Origin: Candidatus Multivorans sp. | GTDB taxonomy: Bacteria > Acidobacteriota > Thermoanaerobaculia > Multivoradales > Multivoraceae | DNA length: 64,000 nt | Assembly (NCBI GenBank): GCA_965224025.1 | Contig: OZ245033.1 | Coordinates: 3,104,001 to 3,168,000 of the forward strand | Direction of reading: 5' to 3' | Part shown: piece by piece, positions 10,203 to 20,506 of the stretch | Numbering within the stretch: the first letter of the stretch is position 1 | Layout of the letters: the number at the start of each line of letters is the position of its first letter | The notes under the pieces: generated by a model | Databases searched by the model: none | Told to the model about the DNA's origin: nothing | What the model saw: the letters and a program-made list of their open reading frames with translations, nothing else | Made by a program: the position numbers and the translations under genes

Positions 10203-11287
10203 AAGCCAGCCGTGGCCAAGCTCTCCCGGTCCGGCTCGAGCGACTGAGACAGAGCATCGATTCGCGCCGGAAGGGGAGTGGTCTGGGCGTCGATCCGGTA
10301 GCGGTCAAAGCCGGCGGCGTGAAGCCAGTCCTCCAGCGTGCGGCGAGTGAAGAACCGGACGTGGGTGGCGCAGAGCAGCCCCATGGCCACGTAGTCCCAG
10401 CGCCCGGCGATCAGATCCTCCACCACCGAGTAGTGGCCGACGTTGGGCACCGAGAACACCATCCGGCCGCCGGCACGGAGCCAGCCGGCGGCGCGTTCGA
10501 GGAACGACTGTCCCTCGGTCAGATGCTCGAACAGCTCGAAGGCGACGATCGCGTCGAAGGTCTCGCCCGGTTCGACAGTCTGGACGTCACCCTGAATTAC
10601 CCGGTCGAGGCGCGCCTCGGCGGCGGCGGCGGCTTCGGGGTTCAGTTCAACTCCGACGACGCGGCAGCCGAAGCGCTCCTTGATCAGCGCCCCGGTCGCC
10701 GCGCGTCCGCAGCCGATTTCCAGCACGGACGACGCGGGTCCGAGATTCTCGGGCAGCAGAGGCAGGACATCGGCGCGCTCGCCGCCGTAGTAGTCGATGA
10801 ACTGGTAACAGAGGCCGGCGCTCGGCCCACCGGGGCGTTCACCTGCCGTCCACCTGGCCGAGGCGGCGGGCGACACGAGGACGGCGGGACTCCCTATCTG
10901 GTCTTGGGGCGCGGCTGCCGGGTTCTGGGCGTCGCCGGCGAGCCAGGCCGACTCGGCGAGTTCGAAGTCGGCCAGGGTGAACAGATCGCTGCTCGCCTCC
11001 GGGCCGGTCGTGGTCAGGTCGGTCGCATGGACGGCGCCCTGGTCCTGGCCCGCGCCGCTGGTCAGTTCCTCGCGCATCCGCTTCAGGGAGGCGCGGCCGA
11101 TCATGACGCGGCAGGACGCCAGGGCCAGCACTGCTTCCGTGTCGGCCGGCAGACTGGCCGGCAACTCCGACGTGACCTCGACGTCGCCGAAAACGGCTCG
11201 CGCCTCGCCGATGAGCCAGCGGCGGAGGTACCACCACTCGGCGGACGCTTCGGCTTCGGGGTTCCAGGGCAGCACTAGCAGCAGCAT
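10181..11287 (-). CDS. Class I SAM-dependent methyltransferase with degenerate N-terminal domain
   Basis: VLEIGCGRA, VGVELN, ELFEHL, SVPNVGH and THVRFFT motifs; convergent with and overlapping the GT4 gene end. Confidence 0.85.
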   Translation of the reverse strand: MLLLVLPWNPEAEASAEWWYLRRWLIGEARAVFGDVEVTSELPASLPADTEAVLALASCRVMIGRASLKRMREELTSGAGQDQGAVHATDLTTTGPEASSDLFTLADFELAESAWLAGDAQNPAAAPQDQIGSPAVLVSPAASARWTAGERPGGPSAGLCYQFIDYYGGERADVLPLLPENLGPASSVLEIGCGRAATGALIKERFGCRVVGVELNPEAAAAAEARLDRVIQGDVQTVEPGETFDAIVAFELFEHLTEGQSFLERAAGWLRAGGRMVFSVPNVGHYSVVEDLIAGRWDYVAMGLLCATHVRFFTRRTLEDWLHAAGFDRYRIDAQTTPLPARIDALSQSLEPDRESLATAGFYVSIFV

Positions 11288-11315
11288 GGGCGTGATCGTA
11301 GCGCCCGCCGAGCGC

Positions 11316-12386
11316 TTACAGCCTCGCCATGACCTGATCGTGGAACTGCTCGATCACGCGCTCCTGGGTGGCAAGCGACGGCAGCAGCATGAGTTGATCG
11401 AGCCCGGCGTCGGCGAGCGTTCGGACCTGGGCGCGCACTTCGTCGGCCGTCCCCGCCAGACATGAGGCTCGGATCAGGTCCAGGGTGACGAACTTATCCT
11501 CCTCCGGCAGGGAGTAGGTGCAGTGCCCGGCGTGAACGCGCAGGTGCCGTCCGCGCGCCGGCGTCTGCTCGACCACGGCGCAGTACTCGTTCCAGACCGG
11601 GCGGACGTGGGGCGGCGGCGCCCGGTTGAACTGGTGTTGCTGGTCGTAGAGGTAGTGCAGGCCGGAGAGAACGAAGGGTCCGCATTCCTCGATCACGCGG
11701 GGCGAGGTTAAATCCTCGCCGGGTTCCAGGATCACCGCCGTGGTCAGGGAACAGGTGTAGAACCTGTCGCGGTCGAAGTCGCGCCCCACCGCCTCGGCGC
11801 CGCGGCGGCAGTTCTCGATCGCGCGGTCGAAGAGGGCGGCGTTGGGCGGGATCGACATGACCAGGCCGTCGCCGACTTCGCCCGCCAGACCCTGGCTCTT
11901 GGGGCCGAAACCGGAGACGTACATCGGAATCCGGGGCTCGGTGGCGATGAAGCCCTGCTCCTCCATCAGGAAGCGAAGCGGCTCGGTGCGGCCGCGGAAC
12001 GCGAAGTCGGCCTCCTCGCCGTCGAGCAGCGCCCGCACCACCCGGAGGTACCCGCCGAACTCCTTGACGCCGACCGGCCGATGCCCCATCAGCCGCGGGG
12101 CCGTATTGCCGGCCCCGATGCCGAGGAACGTCCGCCCCGGAGCGATCCGGTTGATCGTCGCGATGCTGTGCGCCGTCACCGGGGCGATCCGGGTACCCGT
12201 GATCGCGACACCGGTCCCAAGCTTGATCCGGCTCGTCCGCTCGGCGGCAAGCGCCAGCACCGCATAGCAGTCCGACCAGATCATCTGGCTGTCCGCCAGC
12301 CAGGTGTGGCTGTACCCAAGCTCTTCCGCCCGCTCGATGTACCCGATGTCGTCGATCTTGCTGGCGACGCAGATGCCGAAGTCCAT
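11316..12386 (-). CDS. LLM-class flavin-dependent oxidoreductase
   Basis: AEELGYSHTWLADSQ, RTSRIKLGTGV, APGRTFLGIGAG and AGEVGDG motifs. Confidence 0.9.
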   Translation of the reverse strand: MDFGICVASKIDDIGYIERAEELGYSHTWLADSQMIWSDCYAVLALAAERTSRIKLGTGVAITGTRIAPVTAHSIATINRIAPGRTFLGIGAGNTAPRLMGHRPVGVKEFGGYLRVVRALLDGEEADFAFRGRTEPLRFLMEEQGFIATEPRIPMYVSGFGPKSQGLAGEVGDGLVMSIPPNAALFDRAIENCRRGAEAVGRDFDRDRFYTCSLTTAVILEPGEDLTSPRVIEECGPFVLSGLHYLYDQQHQFNRAPPPHVRPVWNEYCAVVEQTPARGRHLRVHAGHCTYSLPEEDKFVTLDLIRASCLAGTADEVRAQVRTLADAGLDQLMLLPSLATQERVIEQFHDQVMARL

Positions 12387-12716
12387 TGCCGTGCCTCCTG
12401 CGGCGGAAGGCGGCAGTGTATCGGCGAGGCCGTTGGTGGCACCCGCCCGCTTGGGCCTCAGGGGAGAGGGTCCCAGGGGCCGCTCGCGCTTGTTCGGATG
12501 GACGGGGGTTGGCGCTCGCTGCGGTCGGCTGCGCTCCGGTTCGGCGTCGGACGATGAGATGACGCCGGGCGTCGCTTGCCGACAGCCTCCCTGGGACCCT
12601 CTCCCCTGAGCCCCGGAGCGGGCTGGAGGGTGTCGGCGTGCCGCGGAGCCGCGGCGTTCGAAGCTGGTGTCGCCGATTCTCGGAACCTCTGGTTTCGGCC
12701 GTGAACGTCGACCCTA

Positions 12717-13475
12717 TTGGCGACGCATCGACCTCGGGCACTTGTGCGTTCACTAAAGAAGAAGATCCCGGGCGACCCAGACCCCGTAGGTCCTCTGCAC
12801 GAGATGGTGTCCGAGATCGGCGATCTTGGGTCCGAGCCTCGATTGACCGTGCTGGTCGACGGGACGGTGAAGCCTGAACTGGTTCATGGGCTCTTCGGGC
12901 TGCACCGTGACGAAGTCTGGCAGCTTCCGCTGCGCTGGGTGATCGCCGGACGACTGGCTTCTCGTGATCAGTACCTCAGGCCCCCGGCCGATGTCTTCTT
13001 CGATACCGAGGTTGTGCTGGAGTCGCTCACTTCCGACCAGGCGCGAAGACTGGTGTTGGCGCGTCTTGAGGGAGCTGCGCCGGAGGGCGAGACCGATGCT
13101 CAGCGGATCCGGAGCCGACTCGACCAGATCGTCGAGCGTGGCGCCGGCGTTCCGCGCCGACTTCTGGCGGCCGCTCGCGAGGCACTGCTCAGCACTTCGG
13201 AGGAAGCAAAGACCATCGACGAAGCGCTTGCCGTTGCCGCTTCGCTGGGCAAGACCGAATCGGCCGCCATGCACTATCTGGTCGCCAGTGGAGCCACCAG
13301 TGCATCAGACGCGGACTTCTTGGCGGAACTCGGTGTCTCTCGCTCACGTGCCACGCAGGTCCTCAAGCGACTTGAGGCGTCGAGTCTCGTCCTGGTCTCA
13401 GAGATGCGGACTGGTCGCGGCAGGCCGCGCAGGTTGTATCGCCCTGTAGGCACGAGGCCAGAGGAGGAGTCGTGA
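12717..13475 (+). CDS. Winged-HTH protein with apparent N-terminally truncated ATPase domain (possible pseudogene)
   Basis: Walker-B-like LTVLVDG, GVPRRLL helical segment, C-terminal LGVSRSRATQVLKRLE...GRGRPRRLY wHTH; no Walker A in the ORF. Confidence 0.55.
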   Translation: MATHRPRALVRSLKKKIPGDPDPVGPLHEMVSEIGDLGSEPRLTVLVDGTVKPELVHGLFGLHRDEVWQLPLRWVIAGRLASRDQYLRPPADVFFDTEVVLESLTSDQARRLVLARLEGAAPEGETDAQRIRSRLDQIVERGAGVPRRLLAAAREALLSTSEEAKTIDEALAVAASLGKTESAAMHYLVASGATSASDADFLAELGVSRSRATQVLKRLEASSLVLVSEMRTGRGRPRRLYRPVGTRPEEES

Positions 13476-14245
13476 GCCGCGACCTCCTACTGTGGTTGCT
13501 CCACGCACACGTCCTTGACCGCGCACTGCCTCACCCCGATGCCGGCCGCCACGACGTGGTTACGAAGCTCGGCGGACGCGTCTTGCAGTACCTGCTCGGT
13601 GGTATGGCCAATGAAGAAGCGCCGTGGCTGGGGTTGAAGGGAGTCGCTCCTGGCCAGAAAGGGCCTACGGACTTCGGCTTGTCGCTTAGGTGGCCTCCGT
13701 CTCGACTGCTGCGGGCCGAGCGTCTACCAGTGACGACGACGCGGGAGCAAGTGATGGCGAACGTCTATGCGGCCCTCGGGTGGCATGGAAGTCGCCAACC
13801 GCGCGACGAGCGAGCCGTCGTCCGGCCCGTGCGGACGCCGCCGGGCCTTCAAGATGTTCGGGTCGACCACGCCTTCGTGGAGCATGTCGCCAAGTACCCG
13901 AGTCGCGGCGAGTTCGCCAACTACATCCTGCCCGTTTTGAGGGAGCCTCACGAGGTTTGGTTGACCCAGGTCGGTTCAGGTAGCGGTGCGGTGTACCGTC
14001 CTCACTTTCTTGCCGCCTTCGATGGCGGCACGACCATCGTGATTGTCGTCAAGTCAGTCGAAGAGCCGGTCGCCTGGAGTTTTTTCCCTATGAAGCGCCG
14101 GACGACTATCCAAAAGCGGCGGAAAGGGGTGGTCCTCTACGCTGGCCCCAAGGAGTATGCGGTTGAGGGCGCGCGTCGCGGGCAGGAGAGGCTGGAGCCT
14201 GCCGCCGCCTCGGGCTCGCCGGCTCACGTGGCAGGTCGATACTGA
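13472..14245 (+). CDS. Protein with C-terminal PBECR2-like (Barnase/EndoU/colicin/RelE fold) nuclease domain
   Basis: VLREPHEVWL...AWSFFP...IQKRRKGVVLY pattern; GTGA overlap with upstream gene. Confidence 0.6.
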   Translation: MSRDLLLWLLHAHVLDRALPHPDAGRHDVVTKLGGRVLQYLLGGMANEEAPWLGLKGVAPGQKGPTDFGLSLRWPPSRLLRAERLPVTTTREQVMANVYAALGWHGSRQPRDERAVVRPVRTPPGLQDVRVDHAFVEHVAKYPSRGEFANYILPVLREPHEVWLTQVGSGSGAVYRPHFLAAFDGGTTIVIVVKSVEEPVAWSFFPMKRRTTIQKRRKGVVLYAGPKEYAVEGARRGQERLEPAAASGSPAHVAGRY

Positions 14246-14365
14246 ACGCCGGACGCGAACCCCCAGCGACGCGCGCAGTATGACCCTAGCACGGGCGCCT
14301 TCCGTGTTCGGCCGTTGCGGGGCGCATCGGTGCCTCCGGCGCAATTCGGTCGCGGCGGCGGACGA

Positions 14366-15151
14366 TCAAAGCAGGTCGAAGGCAGTGACGATGCCGAGTA
14401 AACGACCGTGTTCGGCGACGACGACGGGCAGGTAGTCGACGAAACGCTCAGCGGGTATCTTTGGGCCGACAATCGACACAGGCTGCGCCAGCTCTCTCGC
14501 TTCCTCAAGCCTCTGGCACAGGTGCTTGCGGTCGTCCAGCAGATACTTGCCGAGGTCCTGGGCGCGCAGCACCTTCCACCCGTCGCCGTTCCCGCTGTCG
14601 CCGTTCTCGAATGGCGGTGTCGAGTAGTCGTGCATGAGCATTGTTCGCCTCACGTCCGCCAGTGTCTGCCAGCTACGCGCGCAAACAGGATTCGAGACCA
14701 TGAGTTGGCCCGCCGTCGTGCATTTCCTCGGTGTCATGAGGGCCTCCATCAGGACAAGTGCCAGCGCGACGGCCCTAGTGCCGGTTAGCGCGGCCGCGGT
14801 TCCTGTGTGCGTAAGGTCGTTCCTATCCTCGCGGACTGCGTCGTACATTGCGTGCCAGTTCCACCTGGGTAGACCGGTCTCCGTGAGCATGTGGGGAGCG
14901 TTGGCTTCGACCAGCGCTCTGGCGTGCTTCGTCGCCTTCCCGAGTTGTTCCTCCGGATTGCCGGAAAGGTACTTCGCCACCCGCTCAATCTCGTGGATCA
15001 GGGAGGCGAGCGCTCCCCGGTCGGTCGCGTAGTTCGTGACCGCCGTGCGTAGGTCGCACCGGAGCGCGGCCGCTGCCTTCGGGCATGTCTTGATCGCCGC
15101 GGCTGCCTTTTTCATAGGGGTGGGCTCTAGCTGATTTCGGTGAGCGTTCAT
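14366..15151 (-). CDS. HEPN-like + CBS domain protein (start 15151 or 15115)
   Basis: RNDLTH (R-x4-H) in helical N-terminus; LMVSNPVCA...TLADVRRTM and LPVVV...GRLLGIVTAFDLL CBS motifs. Confidence 0.65.
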   Translation of the reverse strand: MNAHRNQLEPTPMKKAAAAIKTCPKAAAALRCDLRTAVTNYATDRGALASLIHEIERVAKYLSGNPEEQLGKATKHARALVEANAPHMLTETGLPRWNWHAMYDAVREDRNDLTHTGTAAALTGTRAVALALVLMEALMTPRKCTTAGQLMVSNPVCARSWQTLADVRRTMLMHDYSTPPFENGDSGNGDGWKVLRAQDLGKYLLDDRKHLCQRLEEARELAQPVSIVGPKIPAERFVDYLPVVVAEHGRLLGIVTAFDLL

Positions 15152-15319
15152 CCCCCTCCAGTTAGAAGCGGCGAGCATACGCCCGACTCCTCCCAGCCGC
15201 TTTCGGCTCCCTGGGGCTGTCACTCCAGACGGTCGAGCCGGAGCTGTTGGACGGTGTGGCCGCGGGACGCGCTGCTGAACGGATAGGCTCCGACCGTCCA
15301 ACCAAAGGGGTCAACGCCA

Positions 15320-18300
15320 GTGTGGAGGATCAGATTGCCGACGAACCGGATCGTGGGTTCGTTTCTCCTCCCTAGCCTCGGACTTGCTGCCGGGGCCGCG
15401 GTATCTAGAGCCGCGACGGCACCGGACTTCGAGTCGGAAGTGTTGCCGGTCCTCAAGAGCCGGTGCTTCGCCTGCCACGGGCCGCTGCGGCAGCGGGGGA
15501 ACCTGCGGCTCGACTCCCGGCCGGCGATGCTTATCGGCGGCGGGCGGGGCGCGGCGGTCGTGCCTGGGGATGCCGAGGCCAGCCTGCTGGTGTCGGCGAT
15601 CCGGCGCGAGGACGAGTTGGAGATGCCGCCGCCGCGGGCGCTGGAGGACGCTGAGCGGGAGCTGCTCGAGGCCTGGATTCGGGCCGGGGCGGAGTGGCCG
15701 CTCGCGCATCAGGTGGAGGCGGCGCCGACTCAGGTTGCGGCGCGGGAGGTGCCGGCGGTGGAGCACGGCATCACCGGCCCCGGTGAACCCCTCTCCTTCA
15801 ACCGCGACGTGCGGCCGATCCTCTCGGATCACTGCTATGAGTGCCACGGGCCGGACGAGGCGGTACGGCAAGCGGGGCTGCGGCTGGACAATGGGAAGTC
15901 CGCGCATGGCGTCCTGCCGTCGGGACGACGCGCGCTGGTGCCGGGCGACCTGGACGGGAGTCAGTTGTTCCAGCGGATCGCGGCGGCTGAGGCTCTCGAC
16001 CGGATGCCGCCGCTTCATGCAGACTCGACACTGTCGGACCGCGATGTAGAGATCCTGGGCCGGTTCATCCTCCAGGGAGCGCAGTTTGAGGACCACTGGG
16101 CCTACAGGCCGCCGGTGCGCCCAAAGCCGCCTGCCGTTGCGGATGCCGATTGGCCTCTTGAGGAGATCGATCGTTTCGTCCTCGCGCGGCTGGAGAAGGA
16201 AGGCCTCGCCCCGTCGCCCGAGGCGGATCGGCGTACGCTCGTCCGGCGCCTCTCGCTCGATCTGACCGGTTTGCCGCCGACGCCGGCGGAGGTGAACGCC
16301 TTCCTCGCCGACGACCGGCCTGACGCCTACGAACGCCTGGTCGATCGGCTCCTGGCTTCCGATCGCTACGGCGAACACATGGCGCGCACCTGGCTCGATG
16401 CCGCCCGCTACGCCGACACGAACGGCTACCACATCGACAACGAGCGGTACATGTGGCGCTGGCGCGACTGGGTGATCGAAGCGTTCAACCGCAACCAGCC
16501 GTTCGACGAGTTCACGGTCGAGCAGCTTGCCGGCGACCTGCTGCCGGATCCGACGACGGAGCAGTTGCTGGCCACCGGGTTCCACCGCAACCACATGATC
16601 AATTTCGAGGGCGGCGCCGTGCCCGAGGAGTACCGGGTCCAGTACGTGTTCGACCGCACCGACACGACGGCGACGGTGTGGATGGGGCTGACCGCGGGCT
16701 GCGCCAAGTGCCACGACCACAAGTTCGATCCGGTCAGCCAGCGCGAGTACTACCGGCTCGCGGCCTTCTTCAACACGGTCGACGAGGTCGGTCTCGACGG
16801 CAGCCAGGGGAATGCGGAGCCCAAGCTGCCGGCGCCGGACCGGGGGCAGCGCGCGGTGCTGAAAGATCTCGCCACCGAACTCGAGCCGCTCGACGCGATG
16901 CTGGACGATCCGAGGCAGGACGCGGTCGCGTCTCAGGCCGCCTGGCAGGCGGAGTGGGAACGCAAGCTGCGGAAGAAGTGGCGCCCGCTCGCCCCGGTTC
17001 GGATGGAGTCCCAGGCCGGCGCCGGCATGACGCTGCTGGCGGACGGTTCGATCGAAGTATGGGGGAAGAACCCTTCCACGGATGTCTACGTGATCGAGGC
17101 GGAGACGGACCTCGACCGGATCGGCGCCGTGCGCCTGGAAGCGCTCCGGGATCGGTCGGACCCAGGCGCCGGGATCGGCCGCGGTCCGGATGGCAGTTTC
17201 GTGCTGACCTCGATCGAAATCCGAGCGGCGCCGCGCGCCGGGGCCGGACCGGCCACGGACCTGACTTTCTCCCATGCGTACGCCGACTACGCGACCGGTT
17301 CCCTGCCCGTCGATCTGGCGATCGACGGCGACCTGGAGACCGGTTGGGGAGCCGGCTACGTCACCAGGGCAACGGCGCGGACGGCCGTGTTCCGGGTCGC
17401 TCAGCCGCCGCGAGTGGACGCCGGTAAGGCCGCGGCGCCTCATCCCGGCGGCGTTCGTCTGCGCATCGTGCTGCGCCAGGAGTCGAGCTACGCACAGAAG
17501 ACCCTCCGCCGATTCCGGCTGACGGTTTCCGACGCGCCGGAACTCCGGTTCCGGGATCTCGCCACGGCTTCGATGCCTGGTCCACTACCGGCCCTCGCGG
17601 CCGCCAGCCGCGAGTTCGAGTACCTGGTCGGTCTGCCCGAGGATCAGCGCACCGAGGATCAGGCGGACGAGCTGCGGCGCCGTTTCCGCCGCGGCTACTG
17701 GCCGCCCTGGCAGCCGAACGAAGCGCGCTACGCGGAGCTCTCGGAGCGGCGTCGGAAGATCGAGGCGGAAGTGCCGACCACGATGATCATGCGCGAGATG
17801 GAGGCGCCGCGGCCCACCTTCCTGCTGCGCCGCGGCGAGTACGACCAGCAGGCCGACGAGGTCGATGCGGCCGTGCCGTCCTTCTTGCCGTCGATTCCGG
17901 AGGGGTTGCCGAAGAACCGGCTCGGCCTGGCGCGCTGGCTGGTCGGCGAGGAGCACCCGCTGACTGCGCGGGTGACCGCGAACCGGATGTGGCAGAGGTT
18001 CTTCGGCCGCGGCCTCGTGGGGACTTCCGGCGACTTCGGCTCCCAGGGGGAGTGGCCGTCCCACCCCGTGTTGCTCGACTGGCTGGCCACCGAACTGGTC
18101 CGCTTGGACTGGGACCTGAAGGCGCTCCAGAAGACGATCGTGATGTCGTCGACCTATCGCCAGAGTTCGAAGGCGAGCCCGGAGCTGGTCGAGCTGGATC
18201 CCGAGAACCGGCTGCTGGCGCGGGCGTCCCGCTTCCGGCTGGACGCCGAAGTGATCCGCGACGGCGCGCTCGCCGCCTCCGGTCTGCTGGTGGAGAAGTT

Positions 18301-18886
18301 GGGTGGCCCCAGCGTCAAGCCCTATCAGCCGCCGGGGCTGTGGCGGGAGATCGGCTACGAGAGCCGGGGCCGCTTCACCGCCGGTATCTTTGAGCAGGAC
18401 GAGGGCGACGCGCTCTACCGGCGGAGTCTCTACACGTTCTGGAAGCGGACGGTGCCGCCGCCCAACATGCTCGTGTTCGACGCGCCGAACCGGGAGACCT
18501 GCACGGTCGAGCGGTCGCGCTCGAACACGCCGCTGCAGGCGCTGGTGCTGATGAACGACCCGCAGTTCGTCGAGGCGGCGAGGGTGCTGGCGACGAGTCT
18601 GTTCGCCGGGCGGGATGCTCCAGGCAGCGTGGGCGACGACGAGCGGGTAACCGAGCTCTACCTCCGGGTGCTGGCGCGGCCGCCGAGCGAGCTGGAGCGG
18701 TCGGCGATCCGCGATCTGCTCGCCGACCTGCGACGGGGTTACGAACAGAACCCGCGCGCGGCCGCGGCCCTGCTCCGCGTGGGTGAGCAGCCCGTGGACG
18801 AGAGCATTTCGGCCGCGGAACTCGCGGCCTGGAGCGTGACGGCGAGCGCGGTACTGAACCTGGACGAGGCGGTGACAAGGCTATGA
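15320..18886 (+). CDS. PSD1/PSCyt (DUF1549 + DUF1553) planctomycete cytochrome c domain protein
   Basis: CFACH, CYECH and CAKCHDHKFDP haem motifs; WLDAARYADTNG, HPLTARVTANRMWQ and SNTPLQAL motifs. Confidence 0.92.
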   Translation: MWRIRLPTNRIVGSFLLPSLGLAAGAAVSRAATAPDFESEVLPVLKSRCFACHGPLRQRGNLRLDSRPAMLIGGGRGAAVVPGDAEASLLVSAIRREDELEMPPPRALEDAERELLEAWIRAGAEWPLAHQVEAAPTQVAAREVPAVEHGITGPGEPLSFNRDVRPILSDHCYECHGPDEAVRQAGLRLDNGKSAHGVLPSGRRALVPGDLDGSQLFQRIAAAEALDRMPPLHADSTLSDRDVEILGRFILQGAQFEDHWAYRPPVRPKPPAVADADWPLEEIDRFVLARLEKEGLAPSPEADRRTLVRRLSLDLTGLPPTPAEVNAFLADDRPDAYERLVDRLLASDRYGEHMARTWLDAARYADTNGYHIDNERYMWRWRDWVIEAFNRNQPFDEFTVEQLAGDLLPDPTTEQLLATGFHRNHMINFEGGAVPEEYRVQYVFDRTDTTATVWMGLTAGCAKCHDHKFDPVSQREYYRLAAFFNTVDEVGLDGSQGNAEPKLPAPDRGQRAVLKDLATELEPLDAMLDDPRQDAVASQAAWQAEWERKLRKKWRPLAPVRMESQAGAGMTLLADGSIEVWGKNPSTDVYVIEAETDLDRIGAVRLEALRDRSDPGAGIGRGPDGSFVLTSIEIRAAPRAGAGPATDLTFSHAYADYATGSLPVDLAIDGDLETGWGAGYVTRATARTAVFRVAQPPRVDAGKAAAPHPGGVRLRIVLRQESSYAQKTLRRFRLTVSDAPELRFRDLATASMPGPLPALAAASREFEYLVGLPEDQRTEDQADELRRRFRRGYWPPWQPNEARYAELSERRRKIEAEVPTTMIMREMEAPRPTFLLRRGEYDQQADEVDAAVPSFLPSIPEGLPKNRLGLARWLVGEEHPLTARVTANRMWQRFFGRGLVGTSGDFGSQGEWPSHPVLLDWLATELVRLDWDLKALQKTIVMSSTYRQSSKASPELVELDPENRLLARASRFRLDAEVIRDGALAASGLLVEKLGGPSVKPYQPPGLWREIGYESRGRFTAGIFEQDEGDALYRRSLYTFWKRTVPPPNMLVFDAPNRETCTVERSRSNTPLQALVLMNDPQFVEAARVLATSLFAGRDAPGSVGDDERVTELYLRVLARPPSELERSAIRDLLADLRRGYEQNPRAAAALLRVGEQPVDESISAAELAAWSVTASAVLNLDEAVTRL

Positions 18887-18939
18887 GCAGGGGAGCGAGA
18901 AGATGAGCAGGGGAGCGAGAAGATGAGCAGGGGAGCGAG
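18883..18939 (+). repeat. Tandem 20-bp repeat x3 (ATGAGCAGGGGAGCGAGAAG) at the gene junction
   Basis: Copies begin at 18883, 18903 and 18923 (last is 17 bp). Confidence 0.95.
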
Positions 18940-20440
18940 CGGTTTCGGATGTCCCACCTGCGGCCGCTCGCCTGGCGTCGATCCGCAGGCCGACTACGCG
19001 CTGGGCGTCAACCGGCGGCAGTTCTTCGGCCTGGCCAGCACCGGAATCGGCGTCGCGGCGCTCTCGTCCCTGCTCGGCCCGGCGCCGTCGTGGGCCGCTC
19101 GGACAGAGGCGTCGAAGGCGCTGGGCGCTCTCGGTGGCGTCCACTTCCCGGCCCGGGCGAAGCGGGTGATCTACCTGTTCCAATCGGGAGCGCCTTCCCA
19201 GATCGACCTCTTCGACTACAAGCCGCGGCTCGCCGAGTGGCACGGCGAGGAACTGCCGGCGTCGGTGCGGGGCGATCAGCGCGTCACCGGTATGACCGCG
19301 AACCAGGCCGAGTTTCCGATCACGGCCTCGATGTTCGGGTTCGCCCAGCACGGCGAGAGCGGCGCCTGGGTCAGCGAACTGATGCCCAACACCGCGCGCA
19401 TCGTCGACAAGCTCTGCTTCCTCAAGGCGGTGAACACGGAGGCGATCAACCACGATCCCGGCATCACCTATCTCCAGACCGGCCACCAGCAGCCGGGGCG
19501 CCCCAGTCTCGGCGCCTGGTTGAGCTACGGCATCGGCTCGGAGAACCACGACCTGCCGGCCTTCATCGTGCTCATCTCCCAGGGCAGCGCGAAGCGCGAG
19601 TCGCAGGCCCTGTTCCAGCGCCTGTGGGGCTCCGGCTTTCTTCCCTCCGAGCACCAGGGCGTGAACCTCCGGGCGGCGGAGGATCCGGTGCTCTACCTGT
19701 CCGATCCGCCGGGAATCGACCGAGGATTGCGGCGCCGGATGCTGGACGTCGTGGCCCGGCTCAACGAGGAGCACCACCAGGAGTTCGGCGACCCGGAGAT
19801 TGCGGCGCGCATCGCGCAGTACGAGATGGCGTACCGGATGCAGGCCTCGGTCCCCGAACTGGTCGACACGTCCGGCGAGCCCCAGAGCACCTTCGACCTG
19901 TACGGCGAGGATGCGCGCACTCCGGGCACCTACGCGGCCAACTGCCTGCTGGCGCGGCGGCTCGCCGAGCGGGACGTGCGCTTCATCCAGATCTACCATC
20001 GCGGCTGGGACCAGCACGGCGACCTGCCGAGCGACATCCGGCTGCAGTGCGCGGACGTGGACCGGGCCTCGGCCGCCCTGGTCGCCGACCTGGAGCAGCG
20101 CGGACTGCTTGAGGACACCCTGGTGGCGTGGGGCGGAGAGTTCGGACGCACCGTGTACTGCCAGGGGGCGCTCTCCGAGGACAACTACGGGCGGGACCAC
20201 CACGGTCGCTGCTACACGGTGTGGATGGCGGGAGCCGGCGTCGAGCCGGGCAGAACGTACGGCGAGACGGACGACCACTGCTACAACATCGTGTCGGGCG
20301 GCGTGCACATCCACGACCTGAACGCGACGATCCTGCACCAGCTCGGGATCGACCACGAACGCCTGACCTATCGCTACAGCGGTCGTGACTTCCGCCTGAC
20401 GGACGTCCACGGCCGGGTGGTGGAGGAGATACTGGTCTAA
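18923..20440 (+). CDS. DUF1501 domain protein
   Basis: NRRQFF leader; [36 protein letters not shown] and GRDHH motifs; usual partner of PSD1 proteins. Confidence 0.92.
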   Translation: MSRGASGFGCPTCGRSPGVDPQADYALGVNRRQFFGLASTGIGVAALSSLLGPAPSWAARTEASKALGALGGVHFPARAKRVIYLFQSGAPSQIDLFDYKPRLAEWHGEELPASVRGDQRVTGMTANQAEFPITASMFGFAQHGESGAWVSELMPNTARIVDKLCFLKAVNTEAINHDPGITYLQTGHQQPGRPSLGAWLSYGIGSENHDLPAFIVLISQGSAKRESQALFQRLWGSGFLPSEHQGVNLRAAEDPVLYLSDPPGIDRGLRRRMLDVVARLNEEHHQEFGDPEIAARIAQYEMAYRMQASVPELVDTSGEPQSTFDLYGEDARTPGTYAANCLLARRLAERDVRFIQIYHRGWDQHGDLPSDIRLQCADVDRASAALVADLEQRGLLEDTLVAWGGEFGRTVYCQGALSEDNYGRDHHGRCYTVWMAGAGVEPGRTYGETDDHCYNIVSGGVHIHDLNATILHQLGIDHERLTYRYSGRDFRLTDVHGRVVEEILV

Positions 20441-20506
20441 CGGTCCGTGCAGACGGTCCGACGTGATGCCGTGCCGGCGGCGCCCATTCTTCAGAGGAGG
20501 TAAGTC

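Noticed and set aside
18883-18939. CRISPR array (also considered for 43591-43660 and 25412-25517)
   Set aside because: Head-to-tail repeats without unique spacers; no cas genes recognised
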